Notes under the pieces: generated by a model
Told to the model about the DNA's origin: nothing
The model's input: only the letters and a program-made list of their open reading frames with translations
Databases searched by the model: none
Part shown: positions 49,701-58,327 of the stretch, in pieces
Layout: each line of letters begins with the position of its first letter
Position numbering within the stretch: position 1 is the stretch's first letter
NCBI GenBank assembly: GCA_041618235.1
Contig: JBFJNI010000003.1
Location: forward strand, 7,253-71,252
Direction: 5' to 3'
Source: Acidimicrobiales bacterium
GTDB lineage: Bacteria > Actinomycetota > Acidimicrobiia > Acidimicrobiales > Salinilacustritrichaceae
DNA: 64,000 bases
Translations under genes and position numbers: made by a program

Positions 49701-51278
49701 CGGGCTGAGCGAGTTGGTGTAGGTGACCTGCACCGGGGCTTCCTGGGTGTTGCCCGCGGTGATGGTCACCGGGACGTCGTCGCCCTTGGTGGTGCCGTCG
49801 GGCACGACGGTCTCGGCGATGCGGTACCCGCCGGTGGCGACCGGTCCGATGAGGCACGAGTCGTCGCCGGAGGCGACGGTGCAGCCGGCGAGGTCGGTCG
49901 ACCCCCACGTCGTGACCTCCTCGCCCACGTCGTACTCGTTGTCGCCGTCTCCGCCATCGGCGACGTCGTCGTCGTAGAGCAGGAAGGCGGTGCCGGCGAG
50001 CACGCCGATGTCGCTCGGGACGACGGGCAGCCCGGAGAGCTCGGCCAGCGCCTTGGTGACCTCGACCCAACCGGTCTGGCGTGGGTTCACGATCGGCGCG
50101 GCGGTGAGGTCGACGTGCTCCTTGAAGCCGACCGTGATGCCCGACTTCACCGGGTTCGTCGCCGGCGTGTAGCCGGGCGGCACGGTGCTGGCGTCCTCGA
50201 AGATGCTGTAGCTCTGGCCCTGCGGGGTCGGCGGTACGTCGTCGAAGAGGCAGATGCCGTCGTCGCCGGTGACGCACGTGTCGATCGGCGTGCCGGTGCC
50301 CGCGGTGTTGCCGTACAGACCGAATCCGATGCCGGCCATCGGTTGGCCGAGGTCGTCGACCTTCTTGATCTTCACCGAGCCGCAGGTCGACAGGTCGATG
50401 CCGATCGGGGCGATGAAGTCCTGGAGCGCAGCTTCGAACGACTCGCCCGACGAACGCGAACGAACCGTGGCACTGCCGAAGCCGGGGCAGCTCAGGATGG
50501 GGGCGCCGTCGACCTGGCGATCGAGCTCGAGGAGGTCCACGACGACCTCGCCGAAGGTCCGGACGGGAAGGACACCGCCGACGACCTGATCGGTGATCTG
50601 CGCCGTGTTGTCGCTCGCGACCACGAGCGCGCTCACGTTGTTGATCGCGAGCTCGTCCCATTGTCCGTCGGCCGACACGGCCGGGTTCCAGCGGTAGACC
50701 TTGATCACGGCCGGGCTCGTCGTGTTGCCGGGGAAGTCGAAGGTGAAGAGGAGGTCGCCGGCGAGGCGGCCCAGGTAGGGGCAGGCTCCGTTCGCCACGG
50801 GGGTGAACGAGATCGCGCCCTGGTTGAACTCGAAGTTGACGTGGCTGTCCCCCTGGCCACCATCGTCCTCACGGACGAATCCGAGGGCGAGTCGCGCCTT
50901 GCTGAGCTGGACCTCGTTGTGGAGGTACGCCCGGATCAGGTTCGCCTTCCCCGGCGTGATGCCGCCCGCCTTCGACTGGCAGGTGAACTGGGAGGGGTCG
51001 TTCTCCTTCGATGAGCCCTGGTATCCGAAGTCCGGAGCGGACCCGTCGGTCGCGACCGTGCGGGTCACGTTCGCCCAGTCGAGATTGGACGGCGGTCCCA
51101 CGACGTCGACCGTCTGGTTGCCGTCGGCCTCGAACCCGAGCAGCGTGCCCGGGCCCGCGTTGGCGGCCGCCGCGCTGGCGGGCGCGAGGACGCCAGCCAT
51201 GAGCTGGAGTGCGCCGAGGAAGGCGAGCAGGATGCCGAGTGCTCGTCGTCGGGTGGTGATCTCTCGCCGGGTTTCCAT
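46749..51278 (-). CDS. Large secreted LPXTG-anchored surface protein (adhesin-like): N-terminal globular domain, two SpaA/CnaB-like domains and eight DUF11/DUF7507-like Ig repeats
   Basis: Signal peptide (RRRALGILL...ASA), repeats with K...N.G....D.LP...N.A, and LPVTG + TM + basic tail. Start at ATG 51278 or 51299. Confidence 0.88.
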   Translation of the reverse strand: METRREITTRRRALGILLAFLGALQLMAGVLAPASAAAANAGPGTLLGFEADGNQTVDVVGPPSNLDWANVTRTVATDGSAPDFGYQGSSKENDPSQFTCQSKAGGITPGKANLIRAYLHNEVQLSKARLALGFVREDDGGQGDSHVNFEFNQGAISFTPVANGACPYLGRLAGDLLFTFDFPGNTTSPAVIKVYRWNPAVSADGQWDELAINNVSALVVASDNTAQITDQVVGGVLPVRTFGEVVVDLLELDRQVDGAPILSCPGFGSATVRSRSSGESFEAALQDFIAPIGIDLSTCGSVKIKKVDDLGQPMAGIGFGLYGNTAGTGTPIDTCVTGDDGICLFDDVPPTPQGQSYSIFEDASTVPPGYTPATNPVKSGITVGFKEHVDLTAAPIVNPRQTGWVEVTKALAELSGLPVVPSDIGVLAGTAFLLYDDDVADGGDGDNEYDVGEEVTTWGSTDLAGCTVASGDDSCLIGPVATGGYRIAETVVPDGTTKGDDVPVTITAGNTQEAPVQVTYTNSLSPLQITLDKSGPDTATVGDTFAYTFGVTTNGPPLEDVTVTELTEGRCDTPLSGPVKTGGDDDAWLEVGETWTFTCDHTVTFSDPDPLPNEAEASGTDAFGRTVTDRDTHLVDIIYPDVVVEKVAVDDAIDAGDTIAFDLTVSNIGDAVAKGVTLIDTLPSGVAWTVDDTAACSIASGVLDCSFGDIAAGESASTVRISGPTDTGECGTVRNSVVVGATNERAVDTANNTDADTVTVSCPDVSITKTGNGTINAGDVAEFTLMVSNNDQTGTATAVTVVDELPGTLSWTIDPAVTGCAIQSGTLTCELGDLGPGGEIEITVVATTTPTACGDLPNTATVSSGNEAPELDGNNEASATITVQCPDLTIDKTPDGGVVNAGDPASFTIVVGNDGPGTAYDVTVSDDLPGDLTWLLDPAVPGCTVADGTLYCAFDELDAGDSVSITLVTTTDQSDCGLLDNTAVADASNDDQVSADGDITVQCPDIDITKEADDDTVSAGSDVGFTITVRNDGPGTAYDVILTDPLPAGLAWSLAPAVDGCAITDGTLACTPRSLPALAEFTVHVVASTGDDDCGTYQNTATADASNDQPVQADDATTVLCPGLNISKVADDTVIDAGDQIGFTIVVSNVDDGVPPPEGVATDVVVTDELPLGLEWTLDPAVEGCAIADGRLTCELGDLDAGSSVEIHVVATTGISDCGLLTNQAAADSGNGPPVDSDEASVLVLCPLGITVDKTGPSFAHVGDEVTYTIVVTNSGEADLVGVVLTDPLCDDDTMELVDDADGDTVLAVDEAWVYTCTHVVTSDDPDPLPNTATAVGIDERERTTEDADDHVVDLIDPAIEIVKTVDDLGPNPGDTITFTYIVTNTGDTTLFDVVVVDDQLGEIGTIDVLEPGESVTLTKDDLVQADQDLVNVATATGSDVLGKQVTDDDSVTISIVLTDVVVRRPPATLPVTGADLGLLLLAAGLFLLSGFSLTETARRQRRRGAHMR
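46912..49700 (-). repeat. Eight tandem ~100-125 aa Ig-like repeats within the surface protein
   Basis: Read directly from the translation; five central units share W.(L/V)D....C.(I/V)..G.L.C and CG...N...CP. Confidence 0.8.
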
Positions 51279-51311
51279 GCTCGCCTGAGTCCCGCTCATC
51301 TCGGCTGCGTG

Positions 51312-51471
51312 CACCACCGGGGTGGTGATGGCGCCCGCCGAGTCGAACACCGGGCGACGCGATTCCCTCACATCGCGGGGTGTCATCTGATTGGACTACC
51401 GGTGGTCCGACAGGGCGAGGGTCAGACGACCGGGTTTCGGATCCGTTCTTGCGTTGAGATCCGAATGGTCG
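51312..51471 (-). promoter_or_regulatory. Hairpin-rich leader upstream of the surface protein
   Basis: Inverted repeats at 51312-51327, 51332-51356, 51358-51377 and 51427-51471. Confidence 0.3.
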
Positions 51472-51629
51472 CGACTCGCGGTGAATGCGCCGCCACCGGC
51501 TCTGTCCTCACTGCGACGATGCGTAGCGAAGGGCGACGCTGTGGGGTGATTGCACCGGCGTCCTGCCACGCCACGCGGTCGTGACCACCTCGCGCGTTCG
51601 GTGCAGCCCGGAGGGCGATCGACCGGTCG

Positions 51630-52757
51630 TCAGTGGTAGGCCGCGGTGTCTGCGCGTGTGGCCGCCAGCCGGTCTTCGTCGAGGGCGATGCCGAATCCGG
51701 GCGCTTCTCCGAGATGGAGCATGCCGTCCCCGGCGGGCTTCCACGGCTTCTTCAACGCGAAGTCGCGCCGGCCCACGGTCCACAACGGTGGGTCGTAGGG
51801 GAACTCGAGCACGGGTGCGGCGACCGCCCCGGCGGCGAGGTGGGCGTTGGCGATGAGCACCGCGCCGCTGCCCCAGGTGTGGGGGCTGAAAACGTGGCCG
51901 GCGTCGACGACCCGTCGGGCGAAGGGAGCGAGCCACGTGAGGCCGGCGGTGACGGCGACGTCGGGCTGGAACACGTCGAGGCAACCTCGTTCGAGCAGCG
52001 AGTCGAGCGTCGAGCGGTCGCGGGTCATCTCGCCCCCGGCGATCGGCACGCTGGTGCGCCGCCGGAGCTCGGCCATGCCGTCGAGGTCGTCGCGGTCGAG
52101 CGGTTCCTCCATCCATCCCACATCGAGCGCCTCGAGATGGCGGGCGACCTCGGTGGCGTGGTCGAGGGTCCACGGCGGGTGGACGTCCCACGGCATGCGC
52201 CAGCCCTGGTTGCAGTCGACCAGCAGCTGGAGGCGGTCGCCGGCGACTTCCTTCACGCGAGTGAAGACGTCGAGGTCGTCGGTGAGGTGGTGGCGACCGA
52301 AGCGGAGCTTGAGCGCGGTGAAGCCCGACTCGACGAGGTGCTCGACGCGGTCGTCCACGTCGTCGAGACTCCAGTGCGACCCCGACGACGCGTACGGCCG
52401 GATGCGGTCGCTGCGACCGCCGAGCAACCGCCAGACCGGTGCGCCCTGGATCTTGCCGGCGAGATCCCACAGCGCCAGCTCGAGGGGCCACGGACGGCCG
52501 TCGAAGAAGTCGATGTTGGCGAGGACGGCCGCGTGACGGTCGAGGTCGCGGGGGTCCTCGCCGATGAAGAGATCGAGGTAGTCGACCAAGCCCCGCATCG
52601 CATCGCCGAGGGCCACGCCTTCGCGGCCCTCGTCGTCGATGACGCGGTACACGGTCACGGGGAAGGCATGGCGTGGACGGCGATCCCATGCCGCGGGATA
52701 GGGGGGATCGAGCGGGAGCTGGTGCATCGAGATGCTGATCCGCTCGATGCGGCTCAC
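51630..52757 (-). CDS. Mandelate racemase / muconate lactonizing enzyme family (enolase superfamily)
   Basis: LKLRFG, VDCNQGW, MEEPL, GGEM, QPD and PHTW. GTG at 52757. Confidence 0.9.
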   Translation of the reverse strand: MSRIERISISMHQLPLDPPYPAAWDRRPRHAFPVTVYRVIDDEGREGVALGDAMRGLVDYLDLFIGEDPRDLDRHAAVLANIDFFDGRPWPLELALWDLAGKIQGAPVWRLLGGRSDRIRPYASSGSHWSLDDVDDRVEHLVESGFTALKLRFGRHHLTDDLDVFTRVKEVAGDRLQLLVDCNQGWRMPWDVHPPWTLDHATEVARHLEALDVGWMEEPLDRDDLDGMAELRRRTSVPIAGGEMTRDRSTLDSLLERGCLDVFQPDVAVTAGLTWLAPFARRVVDAGHVFSPHTWGSGAVLIANAHLAAGAVAAPVLEFPYDPPLWTVGRRDFALKKPWKPAGDGMLHLGEAPGFGIALDEDRLAATRADTAAYH

Positions 52758-53434
52758 GACGAGCGGCTCCGCCGGCGCTTCGGACCGAGCTCGGTGGGAT
52801 CGACGGCGGCGATCGCATCGGTGAGCTTTCGGGCATCGGGCCCGCCACCTCCGAGGCCGAACGGCGCGAGCTGGCCGCCCATGCGCCGGATCCACCGCCG
52901 GACGAGGCCGAGGTGGGCGACGCGTCCGGCCGGGTCGACGGTCTCGCCGGCGATCAGCTGCACGGTCGCGGTGTGGATCCGATCGGCGTCGGGAGCGCGG
53001 CCGTGATCGTGAGCCAGCGCGACGAGCTGCGCGGCCACGGCGTCGAGCTCTCGAACGGCCTGGGTCGCGACGTCGTACATCGCCGGGCCCACCCGCAGCG
53101 CGATGGCGGTGGGGGAGCGTCGGGCGAGCGGGCCGGCGCGACGAGCGACGCGTGCGACCCCCGACGTGCCGAGGCGACGCGTGAGCGCCGAGCTCCTCGG
53201 TGCGGCGAGGGAGCGGTCGAGGGAAGGTGATGCACCGGGTTCGATGCCGTCGACGGCCCGAGCAACCCGGTGGCGGACGAAGGCGGCCACGGCGTCCTCG
53301 GAGCCGTGCTGCAGCGCGGACAGGCCGGCGCCGCCAGCCGTGCGAGCGGTGTCGAACACGGTCTTGAGGATTGCGAAGAGCTCTTCGGGTCCCCAGCGAT
53401 CATCGCCGGTCTCGTGCCGGTCGGGTGCAGCCAT
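52754..53434 (-). CDS. Hypothetical protein
   Basis: Fills the gap between flanking genes, with a GTGA overlap to the downstream gene. No motif recognised. Confidence 0.55.
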   Translation of the reverse strand: MAAPDRHETGDDRWGPEELFAILKTVFDTARTAGGAGLSALQHGSEDAVAAFVRHRVARAVDGIEPGASPSLDRSLAAPRSSALTRRLGTSGVARVARRAGPLARRSPTAIALRVGPAMYDVATQAVRELDAVAAQLVALAHDHGRAPDADRIHTATVQLIAGETVDPAGRVAHLGLVRRWIRRMGGQLAPFGLGGGGPDARKLTDAIAAVDPTELGPKRRRSRSS

Positions 53435-53507
53435 CGAGACGATGGTACGGCGGTGCGGTGGTTCCGCGATGCTGGATGATCGTTCATTCAGCAGTGGGAG
53501 CCCCGCC

Positions 53508-54440
53508 ATGTCCTGGTCGACGTCCGACATCCCCGATCTCTCCGGCCGCACGGCGGTGGTCACCGGCGCCAACGGCGGCCTCGGTCTCGAGACCGCCCGA
53601 GCGCTGGCCGTCGCCGGCGCTCACGTGGTGATGGCCGCTCGTAACCAGACCAAGGCCGCGGCCGCGGAGGCCGACATCCGAGCACTCGATCCCGGCGTCT
53701 CACTCGAGATCGTCGAGCTCGACCTCGGTTCGCTCGCGTCGGTGCGTGCTGCGGCCGACGCGATCTCGGCGTCGCACTCCGTCATCGACCTGCTCGTCAA
53801 CAACGCCGGCATCATGGGCATCCCCGAGGGCAAGACCGCCGACGGCTTCGAGATCCAGTTCGGCGTCAACCACCTGGGCCATTGGGCGTTCACCGCGCAC
53901 CTGCTGCCCAGCGTGCTCGCCGCACCGTCGCCGCGTGTCGTCACCGTCACGAGCACCGCCCACCACATCGGCCGACGTGTCGATCCCGCCAATCCTCATC
54001 TGCACGGCCGCTACGGCGAGTGGAAGGCCTATGGGCAGTCGAAGCTGGCCAACTTCCACTTCGGGCTGGGGCTCCAGCAGCGGTTCGAAGCCTCCGGGGT
54101 CGCCGCGCGGAGCCTCGTCGCCCACCCCGGGCTCTCCGACACCGAGCTGCAGGCCACCAGCGTCGAGGAGACCGGCGGCGGATTCAGCCAGCGCTTCTTC
54201 CACATGCTTGCCGGCTCGACCGGCATGTCGCCGGCGCAGGGGGCGCTGTCGCAGCTCCGTGCCGCCACCGATCCGAAGGCGAAGGGCGGCGAGTTCTACG
54301 GACCGCTGTGGGTGAACAACGGCCCGCCGATCCGCAAGCCCATCTTCCGGCGTCTCGGCATGGCCCGCTCGATCGAGGTCCTGTGGCAGGTCTCCGAGCA
54401 GGAGACCGGTGTCGCGCTCGAGGTCCCCAGCATTCGCTGA
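53508..54440 (+). CDS. Short-chain dehydrogenase/reductase (retinol-dehydrogenase-like)
   Basis: TGANGGLG, NNAG, NHLGH and YGQSK. ATG at 53508. Confidence 0.93.
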   Translation: MSWSTSDIPDLSGRTAVVTGANGGLGLETARALAVAGAHVVMAARNQTKAAAAEADIRALDPGVSLEIVELDLGSLASVRAAADAISASHSVIDLLVNNAGIMGIPEGKTADGFEIQFGVNHLGHWAFTAHLLPSVLAAPSPRVVTVTSTAHHIGRRVDPANPHLHGRYGEWKAYGQSKLANFHFGLGLQQRFEASGVAARSLVAHPGLSDTELQATSVEETGGGFSQRFFHMLAGSTGMSPAQGALSQLRAATDPKAKGGEFYGPLWVNNGPPIRKPIFRRLGMARSIEVLWQVSEQETGVALEVPSIR

Positions 54441-54505
54441 GGGCGTCCTCCTGCACCCGACCTCCGTCCTCGTGTCGATCGCCGTCGATCGGCAAGAGTG
54501 ACGAC

Positions 54506-56320
54506 ATGTCGAATGCGCCCGCCTCCGTGGTCACCATCGGACCCGACGCCACCATCGCCGAGGCCGCCTCGCTCATGCAGCAGCGCCACGTGTCGGCGCT
54601 GATCGTCGTCGAGGGCAGCGCGCCGCTGGTCGGTCTCCTCACCGAACGCGATCTCCTCCAGGTCATCGTCGACGGCGACGACCCGGCCACCGTTCCCGTG
54701 CGCCGACGCATGCGCAGCGACGTCGTCACCATCACCCCGTCGACCGACACCATGGAGGCTCGCGAGCTGATGGGTCGCCATGCGGTCCGCCACCTGCCGG
54801 TCGTCGACGGTGGCGTGGTCGTCGGTCTGGTCGAGCAGACCGAGCCTCGGGTCGGGCTGCACTTCGGCGGGCGGCGCGAGCTGCCCGAAGGTCACGAGAC
54901 GCCCGCGATCCTCGAGAACTTCCGCGGACCGTACGCCGACGGCCCGCCCGATGCCGATCTCATCGTCGACGCGCCTGCGCTCGACCATTTCGGTCTCACG
55001 GAGATCCGCCGCGGCATCGCGATCGCGTTCATCCTCACCGTCAGCGTGCTGCGGTCGCTGCTGCGCCGGCGCTTCGATCTCGTCTTCCGACGCCGACAGG
55101 TCGGCACCTGGTGGGAAGCGGCATCGAGCGGTGCGGTCGACGCGTTCGAGCGTCTGGGACCGGCGTTCGTGAAGCTCGGTCAGATCATGGCCTCGTCGCC
55201 CGGGGTGTTCCCCGAACCGCTCGCCGACGCCTGTCAGCGCACGCTCGACGAGGTGCCGCCGTTCGATGCCGCCACGGCTCGATCGATCATCGAGGCCGAT
55301 CTGGGCCACACCCCCGAGGAGCTGTTCCGGTTCTTCGGCGACAAGCCGTTGTCGGCCGCCTCCATCGGACAGGTCCACGCCTGCGTCCTGCCCGACGGGC
55401 GACAAGCCGTGCTGAAGCTCCAGCGCCCCGGCATCCGCGAGCTGTTCACCGCCGATCTCCGGATCCTGTGGCGCATCGCCAAGTTGGCCGAGAAGTGGGA
55501 CTGGCTGTCCTCGGTCGACCCGGTCTCGATCATCGAGGACGCCGCCTACCTGAACTTCCAGGAACTGGTTCCGGCGCTCGAAGCGAAGCGGCAGTCGGAG
55601 TTCCGCGACAAGATCTGGGCCTTCGGCGACAACGAAGGCATCACGGCACCCGAGGTCTACTGGGACTACTGCGGTCCGCAGGTCATCTGCATGGAGCGCA
55701 TGACCGGCACACCGCTCGACGAGTTCGAGGAGATGGCCCGCCGCGGCATCGACGGCGAGCTGATGCTGCGTCGTGGCGCCAAGGCGTGGATCGAGTCGGT
55801 GTGCATCCACGGCCCGTTCCATGGCGACATGCACGCAGGCAACATCTGGTTCATGCCCGATGGTCGGGCCAGCTTCCTCGACTTCGGGATCATGGGCGAG
55901 CTCGCTCCCGAGTACCAGGACGTCATCAAGGACATCCTCTACACCTGCATGATCGACGGCGACTTCACCAGGGTGGCGCGGGCGTACCGCAGGGTGGGCG
56001 TGTTCCCCGCCGACGTCGGCTCCGACGAGGAGCTGGGCATGCGCCTGCAGATGATCCTCGGGCCGATGCTCGAAGCCGGCATCGGGGGCATGAACCTGGG
56101 CGAGATGCTGAAGATGAGCATCGATCTCATGGACAACTACGGCGCCAAGGGGCCGCGTGAGCTCGTGCTCATCGCCAAGCAGCTCGCCTACATGGAGCGC
56201 TACGCCAAGGGCATGGCGCCCGACTACCAGATCATCCAGGACCTCTACCTGATCAAGAACGTCTTCCCCGAGGCGGCGGCGGCCAAGGCCGCCGAGACCG
56301 GCATCGACCTACCGACCTGA
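54506..56320 (+). CDS. CBS-pair + ABC1/UbiB/AarF atypical kinase fusion
   Basis: Two CBS motifs (VGLLTERDL, RHLPVVD) followed by VKLGQ, AASIGQVH, LKLQRP, HGDMHAGN and LDFG. ATG at 54506. Confidence 0.88.
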   Translation: MSNAPASVVTIGPDATIAEAASLMQQRHVSALIVVEGSAPLVGLLTERDLLQVIVDGDDPATVPVRRRMRSDVVTITPSTDTMEARELMGRHAVRHLPVVDGGVVVGLVEQTEPRVGLHFGGRRELPEGHETPAILENFRGPYADGPPDADLIVDAPALDHFGLTEIRRGIAIAFILTVSVLRSLLRRRFDLVFRRRQVGTWWEAASSGAVDAFERLGPAFVKLGQIMASSPGVFPEPLADACQRTLDEVPPFDAATARSIIEADLGHTPEELFRFFGDKPLSAASIGQVHACVLPDGRQAVLKLQRPGIRELFTADLRILWRIAKLAEKWDWLSSVDPVSIIEDAAYLNFQELVPALEAKRQSEFRDKIWAFGDNEGITAPEVYWDYCGPQVICMERMTGTPLDEFEEMARRGIDGELMLRRGAKAWIESVCIHGPFHGDMHAGNIWFMPDGRASFLDFGIMGELAPEYQDVIKDILYTCMIDGDFTRVARAYRRVGVFPADVGSDEELGMRLQMILGPMLEAGIGGMNLGEMLKMSIDLMDNYGAKGPRELVLIAKQLAYMERYAKGMAPDYQIIQDLYLIKNVFPEAAAAKAAETGIDLPT

Positions 56321-56330
56321 CCCCCTCGCG

Positions 56331-56377
56331 ATCTGTCGTTCATCGTCGGCACCCTTTCGGGTGGACGAACGACAGAT
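56331..56377. terminator. Probable bidirectional hairpin terminator between convergent genes
   Basis: Perfect 11-bp inverted repeat ATCTGTCGTTC/GAACGACAGAT with an inner CACCC/GGGTG stem. Confidence 0.6.
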
Positions 56378-56381
56378 TCAC

Positions 56382-57029
56382 TCATTCCGGCTTGTTGCCC
56401 CAGCGGTCGACGTGGACGATGCGCTCGACCGGCGGACGCTCGGCGGCCTTGAAGTCGGTGCCGAGGGTGTAGGCCACCGGCAACAGCGCGACCTGGGTGA
56501 CGTCGTCGGGGATGCCGAGGACCTCGGCCGCTTCCTTCTCCTTGTTGAGGTGCAGGGTGGTGAGGCACGAGCCCAGACCCCGACTGCGCAGCGCGAGCTG
56601 GAAGCTCCAGATGGCCGGGTAGATCGAGCCGAGCATCCCTGACCATGCGCCGGGGCCGGCGTCGTCGGGCATCCGGCCCTTGAAGCACGGGATGACGTGC
56701 ACCGGCACCCTCTGCAGGTTCTCGGCCAGGTAGTTCGCCGATGTCATCACGCGGCCGGTCTGGCCCTCACCAGCGGTCTCGGCCGCCGCCTTGAGGTAGT
56801 CGCCACCGCCGGCCCGGTAGAGGTCGGCCAGCGCCGCACGGGTGTCGGCGTCGCGCACGATGAGCCAGCGCCAGTTCTGCATGTTCGACCCGGTGGGCGC
56901 CTGCTGCGACAGGCGGATGCACTCGAGCAGCACGTCGTCCGGGACGTCGCGCTCGAGGTCGAGACGCTTGCGTACCGCCCGGGTGGTGGAGAGGAGGGTG
57001 TCGACGGTCTCGAGATCGAAGGTGGTCAT
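56382..57029 (-). CDS. Nitroreductase family protein
   Basis: TTRAVRKRL, APTGSNMQNW and GLGSCLTT. Confidence 0.9.
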   Translation of the reverse strand: MTTFDLETVDTLLSTTRAVRKRLDLERDVPDDVLLECIRLSQQAPTGSNMQNWRWLIVRDADTRAALADLYRAGGGDYLKAAAETAGEGQTGRVMTSANYLAENLQRVPVHVIPCFKGRMPDDAGPGAWSGMLGSIYPAIWSFQLALRSRGLGSCLTTLHLNKEKEAAEVLGIPDDVTQVALLPVAYTLGTDFKAAERPPVERIVHVDRWGNKPE

Positions 57030-57073
57030 GCCACCGGGCTAGCACAGCGGCCCGAGAACCGCGGCGGCCTGCG

Positions 57074-58087
57074 TCAGGCGGCGGCGTCGAACTCGCGGAG
57101 GACGCGTTCGCCTTCGTCGTGCGCCATGATCCGTTCGACCAGCATCTCGCGCTGCTGCTCGGCCTGGAGCTTGGGCTGGTCGACCGTGGCCCACTGGACC
57201 AGGCCCTCCCAGAACCGGTCGATGACCTCGGCGCCGGCGATGGTGCCGCCGTCGACCGTCTTGAACGTGCACGAACGGATCTCGCCCAGGTACAGGCGCA
57301 GTGAGCTGACGTGGATCTCCTCGTCGGTGCGGATGCGACCGATGATCTCGGCCGCCTCGGCGGCGCGCTCCTGCCGGTCGCCCCACAGATCACCGGTGCG
57401 GAGCACGGCCTGGCTCTCGGAGAACCCGAGCTCGGCGCGGAACTCGATGAGCAGCAGATTGGCGAGGAAGGACACGACCCCCTCGATGCCCGGCTCGATC
57501 TCGGGGATCTTGCGATCGGTGTCGGGGCGAGCGATGTTGTCGGCCGGCTCGACGTCGGGGAACGCATCGTTGCCGAAGGCGAGGTCGCGGGCGACGAACC
57601 ACATCTCGTCGTGGCCACCGATGCCCTGGTCGGGCTGGCCGCCCTCGTCGAGGCCGTGAGCCACGAGGAGACCCTCGTTGAGGTGACCGATGGCCATCTC
57701 GGAGATGTCCTCGACGATGGCCGGCTGGAGCGAGGGGAACTCGATGTCGGCGAGCAGGCGGCCCTTGGCCTCGATCTTGCCGATGATGGTCAGGGTGTTC
57801 CAGAAGCTCTGCCCGAGCCCGTTGCGGATGAGGATCCGCTGCTGGTCGATGTTGGGCAGTCGGACGCCGGTGAGGAGCGAGGCGTCGGCGTCGAACACGT
57901 CGCCCCCCCTGGCCCGGAGCGCTTCCGTCCAGGCATCGACCGCCGGCTCGCGCACCAGCGTGCGTGGCGGCTGGTACGTGCCGTCGGCCAGGAACCCGCC
58001 GTGCATGCGGCGACCCTCGACGACGTGCGGCTCGGCGTAGTCGTGCTCGGCCATGAGTTCGTCGCGTGTGTAGACGAGCTTCGACAT
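57074..58087 (-). CDS. Uncharacterised ferritin-like (diiron-carboxylate) protein
   Basis: IEAKG, DEGG...GH, IEFRAE and DEEIH. ATG at 58087. Confidence 0.65.
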   Translation of the reverse strand: MSKLVYTRDELMAEHDYAEPHVVEGRRMHGGFLADGTYQPPRTLVREPAVDAWTEALRARGGDVFDADASLLTGVRLPNIDQQRILIRNGLGQSFWNTLTIIGKIEAKGRLLADIEFPSLQPAIVEDISEMAIGHLNEGLLVAHGLDEGGQPDQGIGGHDEMWFVARDLAFGNDAFPDVEPADNIARPDTDRKIPEIEPGIEGVVSFLANLLLIEFRAELGFSESQAVLRTGDLWGDRQERAAEAAEIIGRIRTDEEIHVSSLRLYLGEIRSCTFKTVDGGTIAGAEVIDRFWEGLVQWATVDQPKLQAEQQREMLVERIMAHDEGERVLREFDAAA

Positions 58088-58111
58088 GGTGGTTCCCCCT
58101 GAGTTCTGCGG

Positions 58112-58129
58112 CTTGACCCGATGGTCAAG
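58112..58129. promoter_or_regulatory. Palindromic operator candidate
   Basis: CTTGACC-CGAT-GGTCAAG, 25 nt upstream of the ferritin-like gene. Confidence 0.5.
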
Positions 58130-58327
58130 ATAGCCGATCTGGCGCACGCGCTGACAGTTCGCGCGGACACTCGACGAGCCTGTTGAGTCCGCGCCGATCG
58201 CGCAGAACCAGAGGATCAAGCGAGTTCCACCGCTTTCAGCGGATACGGAACGATTGCCCATGACTGTCACCCCCCGGGTTGATCATTCCCAATTCGGGCC
58301 TACCGGACACTCGCTCTTGGTGGGCAT

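Noticed and set aside
51279-51560. Known c-di-AMP (ydaO) or c-di-GMP riboswitch
   Set aside because: The conserved consensus segments were not found in the sense orientation; kept only as an unclassified structured leader.
53882-54505. N-terminal extension of the CBS-UbiB ORF in the track
   Set aside because: It overlaps the SDR gene in another frame and is low-complexity; ATG 54506 fits the domain start.
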